Part shown: positions 9,710 to 20,150 of the stretch, one piece after another
Layout of the letters: each line of letters begins with the position of its first letter
Position numbering within the stretch: the stretch's first letter is position 1
Source of the DNA: Bacteroidota bacterium
Lineage (GTDB): Bacteria; Bacteroidota; Bacteroidia; UKL13-3
Assembly: GCA_030699355.1 (NCBI GenBank)
Contig: JAUYMZ010000407.1
Coordinates: 1 to 38,424 of the forward strand
DNA: 38,424 bases
Reading direction: 5' to 3'
Made by a program: the position numbers and the translations under genes
The notes under the pieces: model-generated
Told to the model about the DNA's origin: nothing
The model's input: the letters and a program-made list of their open reading frames with translations, nothing else
Databases searched by the model: none

Positions 9710-10828
9710 ATGTTACGCCTGCTTATTGATGATGAAATCTTTATTTATCAGAGATTTGGCGGGGTTTCGCGTATTTTTTCTGAGCTCCTCAAACGCCTAC
9801 CCAATGAAAAGGATATTGAATTAAACTTTGCTTCAACCTATTCAGAAAATGAATATTTAAATGAACTCAAACGCACCCAATATCCGCCTTTTTTAAAGAA
9901 TTTTTCCTTCCCTTTAAAAGGAAAAATAATGCGGGCTTTGCTTAAATTTATCAATCACCAACATGTTGTAAAGCAATTGGGTTCAGGGAAAATAGATGTT
10001 TTTCACCCCAGTTTTTACGAAGATTATTATGTAAACGTGCTTCAAAATTCGCCTACCAAATTGGTGTTTACAGTGCACGATTTAATCCATGAAAAGTTTC
10101 CATCTAACGGTTCAGACAAAAGAATGGCGCAAAAAAAAGCAGCCAATATTGCTTGTGCCCAAAGAATTATTGTGGTTTCTGAGCATACTAAAAAAGATTT
10201 ATTGGAGCAGTATCCAAATGTTAATCCAGCTATTATTAGTGTAATTTATTTGGCTCATTCGCTTCCGGTTTTGTCTGAACCAATTGAAGATTTGCCCAAA
10301 AAATACATCTTATTTGTTGGAGAAAGAGCGGGCTATAAAAATTTTAAGCAGCTTTTGGAAGCCTTTGCCGAAGTAAGTATTTCACATCCCGATTTACATT
10401 TATTTTGCGCAGGCAGTCGCCCCTTTTCGGCCGCCGAAAAAGCCTTTTTAGCAGAGGCACAATTAGAACAAAAAGTAAAACAGCAGCCGCTGAGTGAAAA
10501 GCAATTAAAATATGCCTACGAAAATGCCTTGTTATTTGTATTTCCATCTTTATACGAAGGATTTGGAATACCCGTTTTGGAGGCATTTGCCACAAAAACG
10601 CCTGTTTTAATTAGCAATCGCTCTAGTTTACCAGAAGTAGCACAAGGTGCTGCCCAGCTTTTTAACCCAGATGAGCCCGGCGATTTAAGCAAACAATTAA
10701 AATCCTTATTAAATGATGTTAATTTGCGCCAACATTTGATAGCGTTGGGAAGTAATAGGGTGAAAGATTTTAGCTGGGAAAAACATTATGCCAAAACCTT
10801 AGAAGTATACCACTCTTTAAGCTTATAA
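9710..10828 (+). CDS. Glycosyltransferase family 4 (GT-B)
   Basis: QRFGGVSRIF, TVHDLIHE, FVGER.GYKNF and FPSLYEGFGIPVLEAF. Confidence 0.92.
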   Translation: MLRLLIDDEIFIYQRFGGVSRIFSELLKRLPNEKDIELNFASTYSENEYLNELKRTQYPPFLKNFSFPLKGKIMRALLKFINHQHVVKQLGSGKIDVFHPSFYEDYYVNVLQNSPTKLVFTVHDLIHEKFPSNGSDKRMAQKKAANIACAQRIIVVSEHTKKDLLEQYPNVNPAIISVIYLAHSLPVLSEPIEDLPKKYILFVGERAGYKNFKQLLEAFAEVSISHPDLHLFCAGSRPFSAAEKAFLAEAQLEQKVKQQPLSEKQLKYAYENALLFVFPSLYEGFGIPVLEAFATKTPVLISNRSSLPEVAQGAAQLFNPDEPGDLSKQLKSLLNDVNLRQHLIALGSNRVKDFSWEKHYAKTLEVYHSLSL

Positions 10829-10830
10829 AA

Positions 10831-11409
10831 TTGAAGGTTTTACTCATAGATAACTACGATTCGTTTACGCATATCTTGCGTGATTATATTGTGCAAACAG
10901 GCGCCAACTGCGATTTGTATAGAAACGATGAGCGTATTTTATTGTCGTTACTGCCAGAAAATTATGATGCTTTGGTAATTAGTCCGGGACCAGAAACCCC
11001 GGTAAAAGCGGGATTGTTAATGCAAGTTTTGCCTACTTGGTTAGAAGCCCTTCCCGTGTTGGGTGTTTGTTTGGGGCATCAAGCCATTGGGGAATACTAT
11101 GGTGCAAAATTGGTTCAGGCCAAACGACCAAGGCATGGAAAAGTAGATGAAATGAACCATTTGGGTGGTTTATTGTTTAAAGGAGTACCTAAAATATTTA
11201 AGGCTACCCGTTACCACTCGCTTATTTTGCAGCATTTGCCCGATTCTTTGATAGGTAATTGTTGGAGTAAGGATGAGTTGATGGCTTTGGAGCATAAAAC
11301 CCTGCCAATTTATGGATTGCAGTTTCATCCAGAGAGCTGCGAAACAGAATTTGGCTTGACCATGATAAAAAACTTTTTAGATTTGGTGAAAAAAGATAGA
11401 CGATTCTAA
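10831..11409 (+). CDS. trpG: Aminodeoxychorismate/anthranilate synthase component II (class I glutamine amidotransferase)
   Basis: IDNYDSFT, ISPGP, GVCLGHQ, RYHSL and QFHPES; TTG start. trpG cannot be distinguished from pabA here. Confidence 0.88.
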   Translation: MKVLLIDNYDSFTHILRDYIVQTGANCDLYRNDERILLSLLPENYDALVISPGPETPVKAGLLMQVLPTWLEALPVLGVCLGHQAIGEYYGAKLVQAKRPRHGKVDEMNHLGGLLFKGVPKIFKATRYHSLILQHLPDSLIGNCWSKDELMALEHKTLPIYGLQFHPESCETEFGLTMIKNFLDLVKKDRRF

Positions 11410-11444
11410 GATTTGTTTATATTTGATTAAGAATAATAATTTGA

Positions 11445-12212
11445 ATGGAATACAATATTCGCAAAGAAGGTAAATTCAATTACATTGATGAAGGTGAAGG
11501 AGAGGTTCTTGTTTTGTTGCATGGACTCTTTGGCGCCTTGAGTAATTGGAAGGATGTTTTAAATCATTTTAGCAAAAATCACCGGGTGGTTATTCCCTTG
11601 ATGCCCATTTTTGAAATGAACATTTTAAAATTAAGCGTGGAAGGCTTGGCCAACTTTATTCATGACTTTATTGAGTTTAAAGGTTTTACTAAAGTTCATT
11701 TGTTGGGAAATTCTTTGGGCGGGCATGTAGCTTTGGTGTATATAAAAAAGCACCCAGAAAATGTGCAAACGCTTTTACTAACTGGAAGTTCGGGCTTATA
11801 CGAAAATGCTTTTGGGGCATCGTATCCCCGCAAAGGCGATAAGCAATATTTAAGAGACCGAATAAGTTTAACCTTTTACGACCCTTCTACCACTACCGAT
11901 GAATTGGTGGAAGAGGTGTATGGCATTATACAAGATAAGGGTAAGTTATTGCGCATTTTAACCATGGCAAAATCTGCTATTAGACATAATATGCGGAAAG
12001 ATTTGCCCAATTATCAGATGCCTGTTTGTTTAATTTGGGGTAAACAAGATACAGTAACACCGCCAGAAGTTTGCGAAGAATTTCACAGTTTGTTTCCAAA
12101 TTCTGAAATGCATTTTATAGATAAATGCGGCCATGCACCCATGATGGAACACCCGCAAGAATTTAATATGCTAGCCGATCAATTTTATAAAAAACATATT
12201 CCCATTCAATAA
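11445..12212 (+). CDS. Alpha/beta-fold hydrolase
   Basis: LLHGLFG, GNSLGG nucleophile elbow, WGKQD and CGHAP. Confidence 0.9.
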   Translation: MEYNIRKEGKFNYIDEGEGEVLVLLHGLFGALSNWKDVLNHFSKNHRVVIPLMPIFEMNILKLSVEGLANFIHDFIEFKGFTKVHLLGNSLGGHVALVYIKKHPENVQTLLLTGSSGLYENAFGASYPRKGDKQYLRDRISLTFYDPSTTTDELVEEVYGIIQDKGKLLRILTMAKSAIRHNMRKDLPNYQMPVCLIWGKQDTVTPPEVCEEFHSLFPNSEMHFIDKCGHAPMMEHPQEFNMLADQFYKKHIPIQ

Positions 12213-12875
12213 ATGTTTGCCAATCAATTTATTTCAAATGAAATCTTCCCTTTAAAGAAGTCGGATTCTGTGGCTTCTGCCGAGGTGTTTATGCAAGATT
12301 GTATGGTAAAAGAGCTGCCCATTGTAGAAAGTGGAAAGATTTTGGGCATGGTTAACGAATCTATTCTTCAAAATACAGAACAAACACGAGTGGAAGATTG
12401 CATGAACTTGCAAATAGATACTTACACCATTCACGAGTTTGCGCATTACTTTGAATTGTGGCAACGCTTTGAGTTAACAAAATTCGATAGTTTGGCCTTA
12501 ATTAATTCGGAACAGCAATTTAAAGGAATTGTTGCAGCAAAAGATATTTTAAAGCATTCTTATGGCAAATTGGCTTTGGCACAAGAAGGCTCTTTTTTGA
12601 TTATTGAAGTTTCGGCTATACAATATTCCTTAGCAGAAATTGCCCGAATTTGCGAAAGCAACGATGCCAAAATTTTACACCTCATGGTTGAACCAAAAGG
12701 AAACGACAACAATGCCCTGCATGTTTCTATTAAATTAAATAAACTCTATCTCAACCATGTTATGGCTAGTTTAGATAGATTTGGTTACCATGTAATTCAC
12801 ACCAATTCGCCGCTCGATCCCAACCATAGCTTGGATGATAGGTACAATTGGCTACTCAAATATTTGAATACATAA
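12213..12875 (+). CDS. CBS-domain protein (AcuB-like, C-terminal ACT-like domain)
   Basis: ELPIVE..ILGMV, FKGIV and YSLAEIARICESNDAK; conserved position before nadK in Bacteroidota. Confidence 0.82.
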   Translation: MFANQFISNEIFPLKKSDSVASAEVFMQDCMVKELPIVESGKILGMVNESILQNTEQTRVEDCMNLQIDTYTIHEFAHYFELWQRFELTKFDSLALINSEQQFKGIVAAKDILKHSYGKLALAQEGSFLIIEVSAIQYSLAEIARICESNDAKILHLMVEPKGNDNNALHVSIKLNKLYLNHVMASLDRFGYHVIHTNSPLDPNHSLDDRYNWLLKYLNT

Positions 12876-12878
12876 AAG

Positions 12879-13772
12879 ATGCAATTAGCCATTTTTGGAA
12901 AATATTTTAAGGAAGAAAAATTTGAAGAGATTCAGCAATTTTTTGATGTGCTGGTGCAACAAAATATTCCTTTTACTATTTATAGAAAGTACTACGAAGA
13001 CTGCCTAAGAAATGGCTTACACCTGCCTTTAAATCTAAAGGTTTTTAACGATTACGATGATTTTAACGCGGCTGAAACCGATTTTTTTATCAGCATAGGC
13101 GGCGATGGAACTATTTTAAATAGCCTCGAAATTATTCGGCAACATGCCGTTCCGGTGGTGGGCATAAATACAGGCAGATTGGGTTTTTTAGCAGGTGTTG
13201 CCGCTTCGGATGCCCACTTATTAGTAGCGCAATTAGACCACGGCGCTTTTACCATAGACAAAAGAACTTTGCTAGAATTAAGTTCTAATAAAAATATGTT
13301 TGGCGGCGTAAAGTATGCCCTAAACGATTTTGTGGTGCATAAAAAAGACAGCTCTAGCATGATTACCATTCACACCTATATTAATGGCGAATTTTTAAAT
13401 TCGTATTGGAGTGATGGTTTAATAATCTCTACCCCAACAGGTTCTACCGGATATAATTTAAGCTGTGGCGGCCCCATTTTGTATCCATCTTCCCAAAGTT
13501 TTGTAATTACGCCTATTGCCCCACACAATTTAAATGTGCGGCCCATGATTATTTCCGACCAAAATGTAATTTCTTTTGAGGTAGAAGGTAGAAGTTCCAC
13601 TTTTTTGGCCACCCTCGATTCGCGCTCTGAAAGCATTAATACCAGTACCCAAATAGCGGTAAAAAAAGCAGATTTCTGTCTGAACCTAATTAGATTAGAC
13701 GGAGATAATTACCTCAAAACCCTGCGAGAAAAATTGATGTGGGGATTTGATAATAGAAATTTTAGGAACTAA
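12879..13772 (+). CDS. nadK: NAD kinase
   Basis: GGDGT, GINTGRLGFL, ALND and DGLIISTPTGSTGYNLSCGGP. Confidence 0.95.
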   Translation: MQLAIFGKYFKEEKFEEIQQFFDVLVQQNIPFTIYRKYYEDCLRNGLHLPLNLKVFNDYDDFNAAETDFFISIGGDGTILNSLEIIRQHAVPVVGINTGRLGFLAGVAASDAHLLVAQLDHGAFTIDKRTLLELSSNKNMFGGVKYALNDFVVHKKDSSSMITIHTYINGEFLNSYWSDGLIISTPTGSTGYNLSCGGPILYPSSQSFVITPIAPHNLNVRPMIISDQNVISFEVEGRSSTFLATLDSRSESINTSTQIAVKKADFCLNLIRLDGDNYLKTLREKLMWGFDNRNFRN

Positions 13773-13855
13773 ATTTTATTGGGTTTTTTTGTATCATTTT
13801 CAGAATACTATGCGTTATTCTTGCGGGTTTCCCAAAAATCAGTATTTTTGCTTTT

Positions 13856-14785
13856 ATGGATAGTTTGAAAAGAAAATTATTATTCGTTTTTACGCTCATT
13901 AGTAGCCTGATAGTTAGCGCACAACAAGTTGAAGTTGGACTTATGTTGGGTGCGTCCAACTATTTAGGAGATTTGAGTAATGAAACTTTTGTGATGAAAC
14001 AGACCCATTTTTCGGGTTCATTGTTTGGTCGCTACAATTTTTCACCCCGTTTAGCCCTGAAAGGAAACTTCGCTTATGGCAGAGTTTCTGGCGACGACAA
14101 AAACTTTGTTTCTGAGAAAAGAGATTACGTTTTGAACCAAAATTTGGTGAAGGATTTTGAGTTTAACAAATATAGAAACTTAAATTTCGTTTCTGATATT
14201 TATGAATTCTCTATGCATGGAGAATTTAACTTATTACCCAACGACCTCAATGCCTATAATTCTAGGCCTTTTGTGCCTTATGTGTTTTTGGGAATAGGCA
14301 TTTTCAACTTTAACCCTAAAACAAGCTACAACAATACTACGGTAGAGTTGCAGCCAGTTGCCACCGAGGGTCAAGGGTCTACTACTTACAACGATTTTAA
14401 AAAGTACAACCTTACCTCAATTTGTATTCCTGTTGGTTTAGGGTTCAGACAAAAAATTGCCGATGACTTCTTTTTAGGAGTGGAGGCAGGTGTTAGGTTT
14501 ACCAGCACTAATTATTTAGATGATGTAGGTGGGGTATATGGAAGTCGCTCTGTAATTAGCGGCGCAACCGGCAGAACAGGCTTACATTTATCTGACCGTT
14601 CTTGGGAGTTAGCTCCAAGTTCCGACCCTATTAATAATCCCAATCCGCTTTCGGAAGCCTATGTTTTTAATGAAGGCGACAAACGAAGCATGAAAGAAAC
14701 CTTTAAGAACGATATGTATTTTATGGTTGGTATTACCTTATCATACACCCTTCGCTTTAGGGGACAGGGTTGCCCTCAATTTTAG
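13856..14785 (+). CDS. Outer-membrane beta-barrel, DUF6089/PorG-like (copy 1)
   Basis: Signal peptide, GASNYLGDL, RNLNF.S and TNYLDDV; lies between nadK and uppS. Confidence 0.78.
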   Translation: MDSLKRKLLFVFTLISSLIVSAQQVEVGLMLGASNYLGDLSNETFVMKQTHFSGSLFGRYNFSPRLALKGNFAYGRVSGDDKNFVSEKRDYVLNQNLVKDFEFNKYRNLNFVSDIYEFSMHGEFNLLPNDLNAYNSRPFVPYVFLGIGIFNFNPKTSYNNTTVELQPVATEGQGSTTYNDFKKYNLTSICIPVGLGFRQKIADDFFLGVEAGVRFTSTNYLDDVGGVYGSRSVISGATGRTGLHLSDRSWELAPSSDPINNPNPLSEAYVFNEGDKRSMKETFKNDMYFMVGITLSYTLRFRGQGCPQF

Positions 14786-14790
14786 TTAGA

Positions 14791-15582
14791 ATGAAAAACG
14801 GGCTTCTATTATTATTATTCCTTTGTTTCAATTTGCTGAGCCAAGCCCAAAAAACTGAGTTGGGTATTCAGTTGGGTGCAGGCACCTATTACGGTGATTT
14901 AGCGCCCAGTGTAAGTTTTAACGAAACACACCCAGCGGGAGGAATATTTATTAGAAGAAATTTGAATAATACTTGGGCTTTCAAAACAGAATTAAATAGG
15001 TATACGGTTTCTGGAAACGACAATAATTTTGCCTACAATGCGGCCAGAAACTTGAGTTTTCAAAGTCATATCAATGAGGCAGCCATGCTTATTGAGTTTA
15101 ATTACCTAAAATATGGTCCGTATGTATTAGATAAGAAATATACATCTTATGTTTACGTAGGTGTAGCAGGGTTTCAATACAATCCGCAAGCCCAATTGCG
15201 CGGGGTTTGGTACGATTTAAGCGATTATAGAACCGAGGGAGTTTCGTATAGTAAATTGGCCATGGCCATTCCTTTTGGCATTGGTTTTAAATACATGGCA
15301 AGCAAAAAATTTGCCTTTGAATGTCAAGTTGGATTTAGAAGAACATTTACCGATTATTTAGACGATGTGAGTACTGTTTACCCAGATGTGGTAGCCAGGT
15401 TTGAACAAAGTGGATTAATTGGTGCCACATTAACCGATAGGTCCATAGAAAAAGAAGGAATACCAAGTTATAAATTGGGGTATAAAAGGGGCGACCCCAA
15501 CACGAAAGATTGGTATATGAGTTTTACCATTGGTTGTGCCATGCGACTCAATACCAGATCTAAATGTGCAAGATTTTTTTAA
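14791..15582 (+). CDS. Outer-membrane beta-barrel, DUF6089/PorG-like (copy 2)
   Basis: Signal peptide, GTYYGDL, RNLSFQS, TFTDYLDDVS and RGDPNTKDWY; ATG 14791. Confidence 0.78.
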   Translation: MKNGLLLLLFLCFNLLSQAQKTELGIQLGAGTYYGDLAPSVSFNETHPAGGIFIRRNLNNTWAFKTELNRYTVSGNDNNFAYNAARNLSFQSHINEAAMLIEFNYLKYGPYVLDKKYTSYVYVGVAGFQYNPQAQLRGVWYDLSDYRTEGVSYSKLAMAIPFGIGFKYMASKKFAFECQVGFRRTFTDYLDDVSTVYPDVVARFEQSGLIGATLTDRSIEKEGIPSYKLGYKRGDPNTKDWYMSFTIGCAMRLNTRSKCARFF

Positions 15583-15610
15583 TAGTGAGCTGGCTAGCGA
15601 AGAGAATAAC

Positions 15611-16354
15611 ATGAGTTTGAAAGATAAGTTAATAGCAGATAAAATGCCCCAACACATTGCCATTATTATGGATGGTAATGGAAGATGGGCAAAAGGTAAG
15701 GGGAAGTTTAGAATCTTTGGACATCAAAATGGTGTTTCAACCGTAAAAACGATTACGGAAGCTTGTGCAGAAATTGGGGTGAAGTACTTAACTTTATATG
15801 CTTTTTCAACAGAAAATTGGAGCAGGCCAGCTATTGAAGTGCGCGCTTTGATGGAATTATTGGTAGATACCATGCGCAAAGAATTGCCTACGCTAATGAA
15901 AAACGGTATTCGTTTATCGTTTATAGGAAACCAAAGTGATTTACCTGAAAAATGCCAAAAGCAAATTCAAGTAACCATGGAAGAAACCAAAGATAATAGC
16001 CGCATGAACCTAGTTTTGGCACTGAGCTATAGCGCGAAATGGGATTTGGTTCAGGCCGTAAAAAATATTAGCTTAGATACCTTAGCAGGCAAAATTGATG
16101 CTGCCGATATCAACGATAAATTAATAGACAAATACCTCTCTACCCATTGGATGCCACACCCAGAATTGTTAATAAGAACCAGCGGCGAAAAAAGAATTAG
16201 TAACTTTTTGCTATGGGAAATCGCTTATAGTGAGCTGTACTTTACAGAAAAATTATGGCCCGATTTTACAAAAGAGGATTTATATGATGCGATTTATGAT
16301 TTTCAAAACAGAGAAAGACGATTCGGTAAAACGAGTGAGCAATTAAGTAGTTAA
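15611..16354 (+). CDS. uppS: Undecaprenyl diphosphate synthase (isoprenyl transferase)
   Basis: HIAIIMDGNGRWA, YAFSTENWSRP and IRTSGEKRISNFLLWE; ATG 15611. Confidence 0.96.
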   Translation: MSLKDKLIADKMPQHIAIIMDGNGRWAKGKGKFRIFGHQNGVSTVKTITEACAEIGVKYLTLYAFSTENWSRPAIEVRALMELLVDTMRKELPTLMKNGIRLSFIGNQSDLPEKCQKQIQVTMEETKDNSRMNLVLALSYSAKWDLVQAVKNISLDTLAGKIDAADINDKLIDKYLSTHWMPHPELLIRTSGEKRISNFLLWEIAYSELYFTEKLWPDFTKEDLYDAIYDFQNRERRFGKTSEQLSS

Positions 16355-16355
16355 T

Positions 16356-18917
16356 ATGAACCAAAAGAGTCTATTATATTTGGTGCTGTGTTTGCTTCTA
16401 GCTTCACAATTTACCTATGCGCAAAATCAAGTGTCTAAAGATGATACCTTGGCGGCAAAATCTAAGGATGCTTATTTTAATATGAACTACAATAACCCTC
16501 GTCAATACATTATTGGTGGGGTAGATATTGTTGGAACCGAGTATTATGATAAAAGTGTGCTCGTTGTTTTAAGTGGTTTGCAGGTTGGACAAAAAATAAG
16601 GATTCCATCTGAAGACATTACTAAGGCCATCAATAATTTATGGAAACAAAAGTTGTTTGAAGACGTACGATTATTGGTAAGCAAAATTGATGATGATGAG
16701 ATTTTCTTTGAAATACAAGTGAAAGAAAAACCCCGCTTATCTAATTTTACCATTAAAGGGTTAAAGAAAAGTAAAGCAGAAGAATTACGCGAGGCGCTAA
16801 CTTTGAAGGCCGGGCAGATTATTACCGAAAACGTATTAAATAGCACCAACCGAGAGATTAAATTGTTTTACGAAGAAAAAGGATTTTTAGATGCTTATGC
16901 CACTTTTGAGCAAATTCCAGACGATTTAAAACGAAATACGGTTAAGCTAAGAATTAATGTAGATAGAGGAAAAAAAGTGACTATTTCTCAACTTACTTTT
17001 TCGGGTAATACTACCATAGAATCTAAGAAGATTAGAAAAGTAATGAAAGATACCAAGCCAAAGCGTTTCTTCTTTACCAAATCTAAATACATTGAAGAAA
17101 AATATGTAGAGGATAAGCAGAAAATTATAGACAAATATTTGTCGATGGGTTACCGAGATATACAGGTAGTTTCCGACTCTATTTGGCGCGATAAAAAAGG
17201 AGTGCGCATTCATGTTAACCTTTTTGAAGGAAGGAAATATTACTTTAGAAACTTAACATTTGTAGGAAACGCAAAATATAAATCGGAAGACTTACACAAA
17301 ATTTTACGCATTAGGCCAGGTGATGTTTACGACCAATCTATCTTAGACCAACGCTTAAATATGAGTCAGGATGGCGGTGATATTAGCACGCTTTACATGG
17401 ATGATGGTTATTTGTTTTTTAGGGTTGAACCCATAGAAGTGCTTATAGAAAATGATTCGATAGACATTGAAATACGCATTGCAGAAGGTACGCAGGCATA
17501 CATAAACATGGTTACGGTAAAAGGAAATTCTAAAACCAGCGACCATGTAATTTTAAGAGAATTACGCACCAAGCCGGGTATGTTATTTAGTAGAAGTGAT
17601 GTTACACGTTCCTTGCGCGAACTTTCGCAAATTGGGTATTTTAATCCAGAGGCTTTAAATGTAAACCCAGTGCCAAACCCGGTTACAGGAACTGTTGATA
17701 TTGAATACAAAGTAGAAGAGAGGCCAAACGACCAGATTGAATTAAGTGGTGGTTGGGGAGCAGGATTTGTGGTAGGAACTTTAGGTTTAACCTTAAATAA
17801 TTTTTCTGCCAGAAAAGCACTCGAAGCAAAAAATTGGGCACCTATTCCAAGTGGTGATGGTCAACGACTTTCTTTACGCGCACAAACAAATGGAACCTTT
17901 TTTCAATCGTATTCGGCTAGTTTTACCGAGCCATGGTTGGGTGGTAAAAGGCCAAATGCCCTTACTGTTTCTTTGTTTCATTCTATCCAATCAAACGGCC
18001 GCCAAGGAGAGCTGCGCTCTGGCTTATATACAACAGGGGTAATGGTAGGTTTGGGTAAAAGATTACGCTGGCCCGATGACTTTTTTACGCTTCATTACCA
18101 ATTGGGATATCAATTATATAACAATGATCCAGATATTGCGGGCAATGTGTTTTGGTCTACCATTCCAACGGGTAAATCAAATAATTTAAGTTTTAAGGTT
18201 ACCTTGGGTAGAAACTCTTCCAACCAATTAATTTATCCGAGTGCCGGTTCAAACATAACCATGTCTATGCAGGTTACGCCGCCGTATTCCATGTTTAATG
18301 GCGTAGATTATACCAAGGCAGATGCCATAAATAAAACCAAATGGCTCGAATTTTACAAATGGAAGTTTGATGCTACCTGGTTTAATAAATTGGCCGGCGA
18401 TAAGCGCCCATTGGTATTAATGACCCGCATAAACTTTGGGTATATTGGGGCATTTAATCAAGCCAAAGGCATTACGCCATTTGAGCGCTTTTGGGTAGGT
18501 GGTTCAGGACTTACAGGTTTTAATTTAGATGGCAGGGAGTTGGTGGCTTTGCGTGGATATCAAGATAATTCTTTAACCCCTTTTGCTTTAAATCCACTTA
18601 CGGGAAATGTGCAGCAAACGGGAGCTTCCATATACAACAGATATACAATGGAGTTAAGGTATCCAATCTCATTAAATCCACAAGCTACCGTGTTTCCATT
18701 GGTTTTTGCTGAAGCTGGTGGTACTTGGCTCGATCCAAAAAAATTCAATCCGTTTGAGGTTAATCGTTCTTATGGTGTGGGTGTTCGTATATTTTTACCT
18801 ATGTTTGGTATGATTGGGTTAGATTATGGTTGGGGTATCGATTTACCGCCTAATCATCCTAGTCCGGCCAATGTAAATGGCGGTAATTTTCACTTTTTAT
18901 TGGGACAACAATTTTAA
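16356..18917 (+). CDS. bamA: Outer membrane protein assembly factor BamA
   Basis: POTRA repeats (GNSKTSDHVILREL), barrel with ALRGY lid loop, and C-terminal FHFLLGQQF. Confidence 0.95.
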   Translation: MNQKSLLYLVLCLLLASQFTYAQNQVSKDDTLAAKSKDAYFNMNYNNPRQYIIGGVDIVGTEYYDKSVLVVLSGLQVGQKIRIPSEDITKAINNLWKQKLFEDVRLLVSKIDDDEIFFEIQVKEKPRLSNFTIKGLKKSKAEELREALTLKAGQIITENVLNSTNREIKLFYEEKGFLDAYATFEQIPDDLKRNTVKLRINVDRGKKVTISQLTFSGNTTIESKKIRKVMKDTKPKRFFFTKSKYIEEKYVEDKQKIIDKYLSMGYRDIQVVSDSIWRDKKGVRIHVNLFEGRKYYFRNLTFVGNAKYKSEDLHKILRIRPGDVYDQSILDQRLNMSQDGGDISTLYMDDGYLFFRVEPIEVLIENDSIDIEIRIAEGTQAYINMVTVKGNSKTSDHVILRELRTKPGMLFSRSDVTRSLRELSQIGYFNPEALNVNPVPNPVTGTVDIEYKVEERPNDQIELSGGWGAGFVVGTLGLTLNNFSARKALEAKNWAPIPSGDGQRLSLRAQTNGTFFQSYSASFTEPWLGGKRPNALTVSLFHSIQSNGRQGELRSGLYTTGVMVGLGKRLRWPDDFFTLHYQLGYQLYNNDPDIAGNVFWSTIPTGKSNNLSFKVTLGRNSSNQLIYPSAGSNITMSMQVTPPYSMFNGVDYTKADAINKTKWLEFYKWKFDATWFNKLAGDKRPLVLMTRINFGYIGAFNQAKGITPFERFWVGGSGLTGFNLDGRELVALRGYQDNSLTPFALNPLTGNVQQTGASIYNRYTMELRYPISLNPQATVFPLVFAEAGGTWLDPKKFNPFEVNRSYGVGVRIFLPMFGMIGLDYGWGIDLPPNHPSPANVNGGNFHFLLGQQF

Positions 18918-18926
18918 TTTTAAAGT

Positions 18927-19520
18927 ATGAGAAAGATTGTTTTAGGATTGCTAATGCTAGCATTCGGTTTGAACCAAAGTTATGCGCAGCGTTTTGCGTA
19001 TGTAGACACAGAATATATTTTAGACATGCTTCCCGAGTATAAATCGGCGCAAAAGCAATTGGATTTAATTGCCGAAACTTGGCAAAAGGAAGCGGAAGAG
19101 AAAAAAGCTGAAATTGATAAAATGTTGCAAGATTTTCAAGCAGAGCAAATTTTATTAACCGCCGAGCTAAAGAAAAAGAAAGAAACCGACATTAAGTTAA
19201 AAGAAGCTGAACTGAAAGAGTTTATGAATAAAAAGTTCGGTTATGAAGGCGAATTATTTAAGAAAAGACAAGAATTAGTGAAGCCAATTCAAGATAAAGT
19301 TTTTGATGCATGCCAAAACATTGCAAAAAAAAGTGCCTTAGACTTTATATTTGCCAAGGGAGGAGAAATGATAATGATGTACAGCAATGCTCGATATGAT
19401 AAAAGCGATGAAGTACTCATAGAGTTAGGCGTAAATGTGACCAAAAACAAAGGAAGCGCGCCTGAACAAAATTCAGCTCCAAACAATGGCCCAACTCAAC
19501 GACCAGGTGGAGGAAGGTAA
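18927..19520 (+). CDS. skp: OmpH/Skp periplasmic chaperone (copy 1)
   Basis: AQRFAYVDTEYIL, coiled coil and LVKPIQDKV. Confidence 0.9.
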   Translation: MRKIVLGLLMLAFGLNQSYAQRFAYVDTEYILDMLPEYKSAQKQLDLIAETWQKEAEEKKAEIDKMLQDFQAEQILLTAELKKKKETDIKLKEAELKEFMNKKFGYEGELFKKRQELVKPIQDKVFDACQNIAKKSALDFIFAKGGEMIMMYSNARYDKSDEVLIELGVNVTKNKGSAPEQNSAPNNGPTQRPGGGR

Positions 19521-19566
19521 TTGGCACGATTTTAGAATACGAAATAATAATAAATAAAACAGAAAA

Positions 19567-20079
19567 ATGAAGAACATGTTAAAATCTATGGTTGCCTTGT
19601 TTGCTATCTTAATATTGGCAAGCAGCAACGTAAATGCTCAAAAATTTGGTTATGTAGACTTGCAAGAATTAATGCAATTAATGCCAGAATACAAAAAAGC
19701 CAATACAGATATGGAAGCTTTTGGAAAATCGTTGGAAGATGAGTTGAAAAAATTAAGCGATGAATTTCAAAAGAAAGTGGCCGATTACCAAAAAGGTGAA
19801 AAAACCATGAATGAAGCTATCCGCGATTTAAAACAAAAAGAATTGCAAGATATGCAAAGTCGTATCCAGGAGTTTCAACAAGCTGCTCAAGAAAATATAC
19901 GTAAAAAAGAAGCTGATTTGTTAAAGCCAATTATCGAAAAAGCAAAAACTGCCATTAGTCAGGTTGCCAAAGAAGGTTCTTATAGCTATATTTTTGATAG
20001 CAGCGTGGCTGGTTTCTTATACAAGCCAGAAGGCGATAATGTATTAGCCGCAGTTAAAAAGAAGTTAGGAATTATTTAA
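19567..20079 (+). CDS. skp: OmpH/Skp periplasmic chaperone (copy 2)
   Basis: AQKFGYVD, LLKPI, YSYIFD and VKKKLGI. Confidence 0.9.
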   Translation: MKNMLKSMVALFAILILASSNVNAQKFGYVDLQELMQLMPEYKKANTDMEAFGKSLEDELKKLSDEFQKKVADYQKGEKTMNEAIRDLKQKELQDMQSRIQEFQQAAQENIRKKEADLLKPIIEKAKTAISQVAKEGSYSYIFDSSVAGFLYKPEGDNVLAAVKKKLGII

Positions 20080-20094
20080 TTATCGATTTTTTAG

Positions 20095-20137
20095 AAGAAA
20101 AGCCGATTCCCATTTGGGTATCGGCTTTTCTTTTTTT
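20095..20137 (+). terminator. Intrinsic terminator after skp
   Basis: AAGAAAAGCCGAT..CCC/GGG..ATCGGCTTTTCTT stem followed by a T-run. Confidence 0.85.
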
Positions 20138-20150
20138 ATCTTGCCCTATC

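Noticed and set aside
10831-11409. Orphan trpG/pabA without component I
   Set aside because: Split trp/pab genes are common; the partner is likely elsewhere in the genome.
18927-20079. Tandem skp/ompH genes
   Set aside because: This is the normal arrangement after bamA in Bacteroidota.
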